Part shown: piece after piece, positions 60,096 to 64,000 of the stretch
Layout: the number at the start of each line of letters is the position of its first letter
Position numbering within the stretch: position 1 is the stretch's first letter
From: Moniliella sp. 'wahieum'
Taxonomy: Eukaryota
NCBI GenBank assembly: GCA_003971905.1
Contig: RSEE01000002.1
Location: 1,116,001-1,180,000, forward strand
Reading direction: 5' to 3'
Length of the DNA: 64,000 nt
The notes under the pieces: model-generated
Seen by the model: the letters and a program-made list of their open reading frames with translations, nothing else
Told to the model about the DNA's origin: nothing
Database searches by the model: none
Program-made: the position numbers and the translations under genes

Positions 60096-63000
60096 ATGCC
60101 CCGTGCTCCTTGGTGTTCGGGCCCCAGCTTCAGGAGGCCTCAGCAGGACGCGCCCCACTCCTAGCCGACGCTTGGCGTTTGAGAGTGAAGTGCTGGCGAG
60201 CACCTACTCCCGCCTGCGTGCCCCCTGTTCAGTCAAGCGCCGGCCGTGGCGGCACGAACGAGGGGCTTGTGGGTGCATGATGCGTTGAGGCAAGCTGTCG
60301 TGATGCAATCCGGGGAAGCACGAATGGCTGACTAAGATGACGCAGGGGCCACCTTAACTCCACGCTGACGCATGCGCTTGCGTTGCTCCGCAGCCGACTG
60401 ACGCCACCGCCATCCCCACTGCCATCCCCACCACCCACCCAGCGTTTGAAATGACGCCATCACGTCGATTCGCCTTCGCCAGTACCTGCCGGTATACGAG
60501 GGCTTGTACAGCCGCCAACTCTATGTTCTGGGGCGCGAGGCCATGCAGCGCATGGCCGCCAGCAACGTCCTTATTATCGGCTCAAGGGGCTGGGAGCTGA
60601 AATTGGTGAGTCGCATCTCTGCTGGCAGCCTGTGTGCCGGCGTCTGACCACGATTGCCCAGCCAAAAACGTGCCCTTGCCGGCGTCAAATCGGTGACAAT
60701 CTGTGATCCGACCCCTCACGATCCAGGACTTGGCCTCTCAGTTTTTTCCTCCGCCTCTCGGATGTGGGCACGGGCAAGTCCCGACCCCCTGCCCCACGCC
60801 TCGCCGAACTCAACAGCTACGTTCCAGTGCGCGTACTGGAAGCGCCAATTCTAGATGCTTCAGCCCTGAGCCAGTTCCAGGTACGCTTCCTTCCCCTCCC
60901 CCGCAACCGCCCTCACCCCCCATGGATACTGACTTGAAGTATGTGCAGGTGATTGTCTTGACTGACGCGCCGCTTTCGCGACAAATTGAGCTCAACGATG
61001 TTGCCCGTAGTGTGGGGGCAAAATTTATTGCCAGATGCCCGTGGTTTGTTTGGCTCGTTATTCTGCGATTTTGGCCCCAATTTTTGTCTGCAACGACACG
61101 GATGGCCAGCCGCCCTTGCAGGGTATGATTACCGATTGACAAGGATAAGAAAGGTCTGGTAACACGTTGGACGAAACGCGACATGGCCTGTCGGATGGTG
61201 ATTATGTGGCCTTCTCCGAAGTACAAGGCCTTGAGGAATCAACAATGCCGGCCCGTTCAAGGTGACTGTTGTGGCCCTTACACGTTCGAGATTGGCGATA
61301 CGACTGGTTTGAGGGCGAGTACGAACGAGAAGGGATTTTCCAACAGGTCAAATGCCCGAGACGATCCAGTTCAAGCCCTTGAACGAGAGCATTAAGCAGC
61401 CCGAGTTTCTCGTTACCGACTTTGCCAAATTTGAGCGACCCAACACGATCCACACGGCTTTCCAAGCTCTGGGAGCGTTCCAATATACGCAGGGCCGTCT
61501 GCCCCTTCCCCGCAATTCAGCATGCTGAAGCAGTCCTTAGCCTAGCGAAGAACATTTGCCAAGGCCGGGCGTGAAGATTGTTGGAAGAGAAGGTTGTCCT
61601 TGAACCTTGCCAAACAGGCCCGTGGAGACTTGTCTCCCAGTGGCGTTTATTGGTGGTTTTGTCGGGCAAGAAGTGCTCAAGGCGGTGAGCGGGAAGTTCC
61701 ACCCGCTGGTCCAGCACCTCTACATTGACACGCTCGAGGCTCTTCCGCTCAACATTGACGAGCTGCCCGAGTCGGAGTTTGAACCTGTCGGCACGAGGTA
61801 TGACTCCCAGATTGGTGTTGGTAAGACGTTCCAAACCAAACTCAGCAATGCTCGCCAATTCCTCGTGGGTTCAGGGGCCATTGGGTGCGAGATGCTCAAG
61901 AATTGGGCCATGATGGCCTTGCGACCGGGCCGGAGGGCGCCATCCACGTGACAGACAACGACCAGATTGAGAAGTCCAACTTGAACCGTCAATTCCTCTT
62001 CCGTCCTAAGGACGTGGGCAAGTTCAAAGCCGAGACAGCGGCGGCGGCTGTGATCGAGATGAACCCAGATCTCAAGGGGAAAATTCAAGCGAGCGAGGAG
62101 GGGTGGGGCCTGAATCGGAGGATGTATATGGGATAATGAGGGATGAGTTCTTTGCCCGTTGACGGGAGTGACGAATGCTTGGACAATGTCCAGGCGCGGC
62201 AACATGGACCGTCGGGTGTGTACTACCAGAAACCGCTTCTTGATCGGGCACGTTGGGTACTCAAACTAACACTCAAGTTGTTGTTCCCCATTTGACGGAA
62301 AGCTACTCCTCTTCGCAAGACCCGCCTGAGAAGTCTATCCCCATGTGTACCCTCAAGAACTTCCCCAACGCCATTGAACACACGATTGCTTGGGCGCGGG
62401 AGAAGTTTGACGAGTTCTTTGTCAAGCCTGCGCAGAACGTGAACCAGTACCTCACGACACCAGACTATGTTAATTCGACCCTTCTTCACTCGGGCAGCGT
62501 GATCAGCCAGAAGGAGCAAATTCCCAAATTAAGGCTTTCCTTGTGGACGAGAAGCCCATTTCGTTCGCAGCGTGCGTCAAGTGGGCCGGTTCAAGTTTGA
62601 GGAGGATTATGCCAACACGATCAAGCAGCTTCTCTATTCTCTTCCCCCTGACGCTCGGACTAGCACGGGCCAATTGTTCTGGTCGGGCCCCAAACGTGCC
62701 CCCAAGGCACTCCAGTTTGATCCGAACAATGATCTTCACATTGGCTACGTGATCGCCGCAGCCAATCTCCACGCAGAGAATTATGGCCTCAAGGGAGAGA
62801 GGAACCCCGAGGGTTCAAGCGCATCTTGGCTGACGTGCATGTCCCCGCGTTTGAGCCAAAGAGCAACGTCAAGGTCCAGACGAGTGACAATGATCCGGCC
62901 CCGTCAGCAGGGGGACGGGAGAGGATCCGACAGAAGAGGAGATTGTTGAAATCGCTATCCAACTTCCCTCTTCCGCTTCTTTGGCCGGCTACCGCCTGAC

Positions 63001-63653
63001 CCCCGCCGACTTTGAGAAGGATGTGGATGAGAACTTCCATATTGACTTCATCGCTGCAGCGGCCAATCTACGCGCCGAAAACTACAGTATCCCGATCGCA
63101 GACCGGCTCAAGATCAAGGGGATTGCTGGCAAGATCATCCCGGCTCTGATCACGAGCACCAGTGTAGCGTCGGGTCTGGTGTCGGTGGAGCTGTACAAGT
63201 TGATTGATGATGGGGTCGCTGATGATTCCTCGGACCCGCGCAAGCGCCGCCGTACCATTGAGGACTACAAGAACACGTTTGTCAACTTGGCCTTGCCCTT
63301 TGTCGCTTCCTCAGAGCCGATTGCGCCACCAAAGAACAAGTATTACGACAATGAGTGGACGCTGTGGGATCGGTTCACCATTCCCGGTAATCCTACCCTT
63401 CAACAGCTGATTGATGACTTTGAGAAGAAGGAGAAATTGGAGATCTCGATGGTGTCGTCGGGTGTGTCAATGCTGTTCTCTCCCTTTGCCAAGGACCGCA
63501 AAGAGCGGTTAGGGATGACGATGCGGCAGCTCATTGAGCACGTGTGAAGAAGCCCATCCCGCCTCACGTCCATTGGGTGGTTGTGGAGGTGATGGCCGAC
63601 GATGAGAATGGGGAGGACGTGGAGATCCCTTTCTGAATGTCCAAGTGGTGTAA
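60096..63653 (+). CDS. UBA1: Ubiquitin-activating enzyme E1 (start uncertain, many indels)
   Basis: [41 protein letters not shown], catalytic [55 protein letters not shown]. Introns 60606-60661 and 60881-60948. Confidence 0.97.
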
Positions 63654-64000
63654 GATTGGGGGATGTGTGGTTTGAATCAATCACTCCTTTGAGTTTGATC
63701 ATTCTGATGCCAGGGGCTCCGTACTCCGTTCAGATCGTTCAGACACCTGTGGCGTTCGATGTGTCGGAGTTGGAGTGCAATTGGCTTGGCAGGAGCGACA
63801 GCGTTGACGCTTGGCGTGACGTGTGGTGACACGCTCTTGAAGCTTGAGACTTGAGAAGCTTGAAGCTTGAGATCTCTGATAGGTGATTCTGGGATCTGAG
63901 ATCTTGAGATGATCAATCAGATTCAGAGGATCGATGAGATGATCAAATTTCAAACCTCGTATAGCAATCGTCTGTGGGAATGCAGGGCGCTCTGGGCCAG

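Noticed and set aside
1..64000. CRISPR arrays, rRNA genes, prokaryotic operons, secondary-metabolite cluster
   Set aside because: No repeat-spacer array, rRNA sequence or PKS/NRPS/terpene backbone gene seen; the content is eukaryotic housekeeping genes.

Overview
This is GC-rich fungal nuclear DNA, most consistent with a basidiomycete: short GT-AG introns with GTACGT/GTGCGT/GTATGT donors and CTAAC/CTGAC branch sites. Almost every conserved gene, including Hsp90, Uba1 and CSN2, is broken by single-base indels. I read this as an unpolished long-read assembly, not pseudogenes, so CDS ends are approximate. About 25 protein genes are supported: F-box/LRR-like, Bqt4-like APSES, Whi2, divergent Cdc20/Fizzy, Ncs2/Ctu2, triple-KH protein, Opy2-like, fatty acid hydroxylase/sterol desaturase, Aro8-like aminotransferase, eIF4B, FEN1/XPG-like nuclease, catalase, Cid1-family nucleotidyltransferase, CSN2, Bir1, METTL21-family methyltransferase, Hsp90, Uba1 and several hypotheticals. 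There is one full-length Ty1/copia retrotransposon (12192-17114) with a GCATA target duplication, TG...TA LTR ends and a Ty5/copia-like primer site, plus a 300-nt pure-pyrimidine (TTTCC)n tract. The main unexplained signal is that intergenic DNA is full of 2-3-copy tandem 7-mers of different sequence that share one architecture, a (near-)palindrome centred on T-N-A. A second, speculative signal is a hairpin-rich region around a telomerase-template-like CTAACCCTAAC at 47279.
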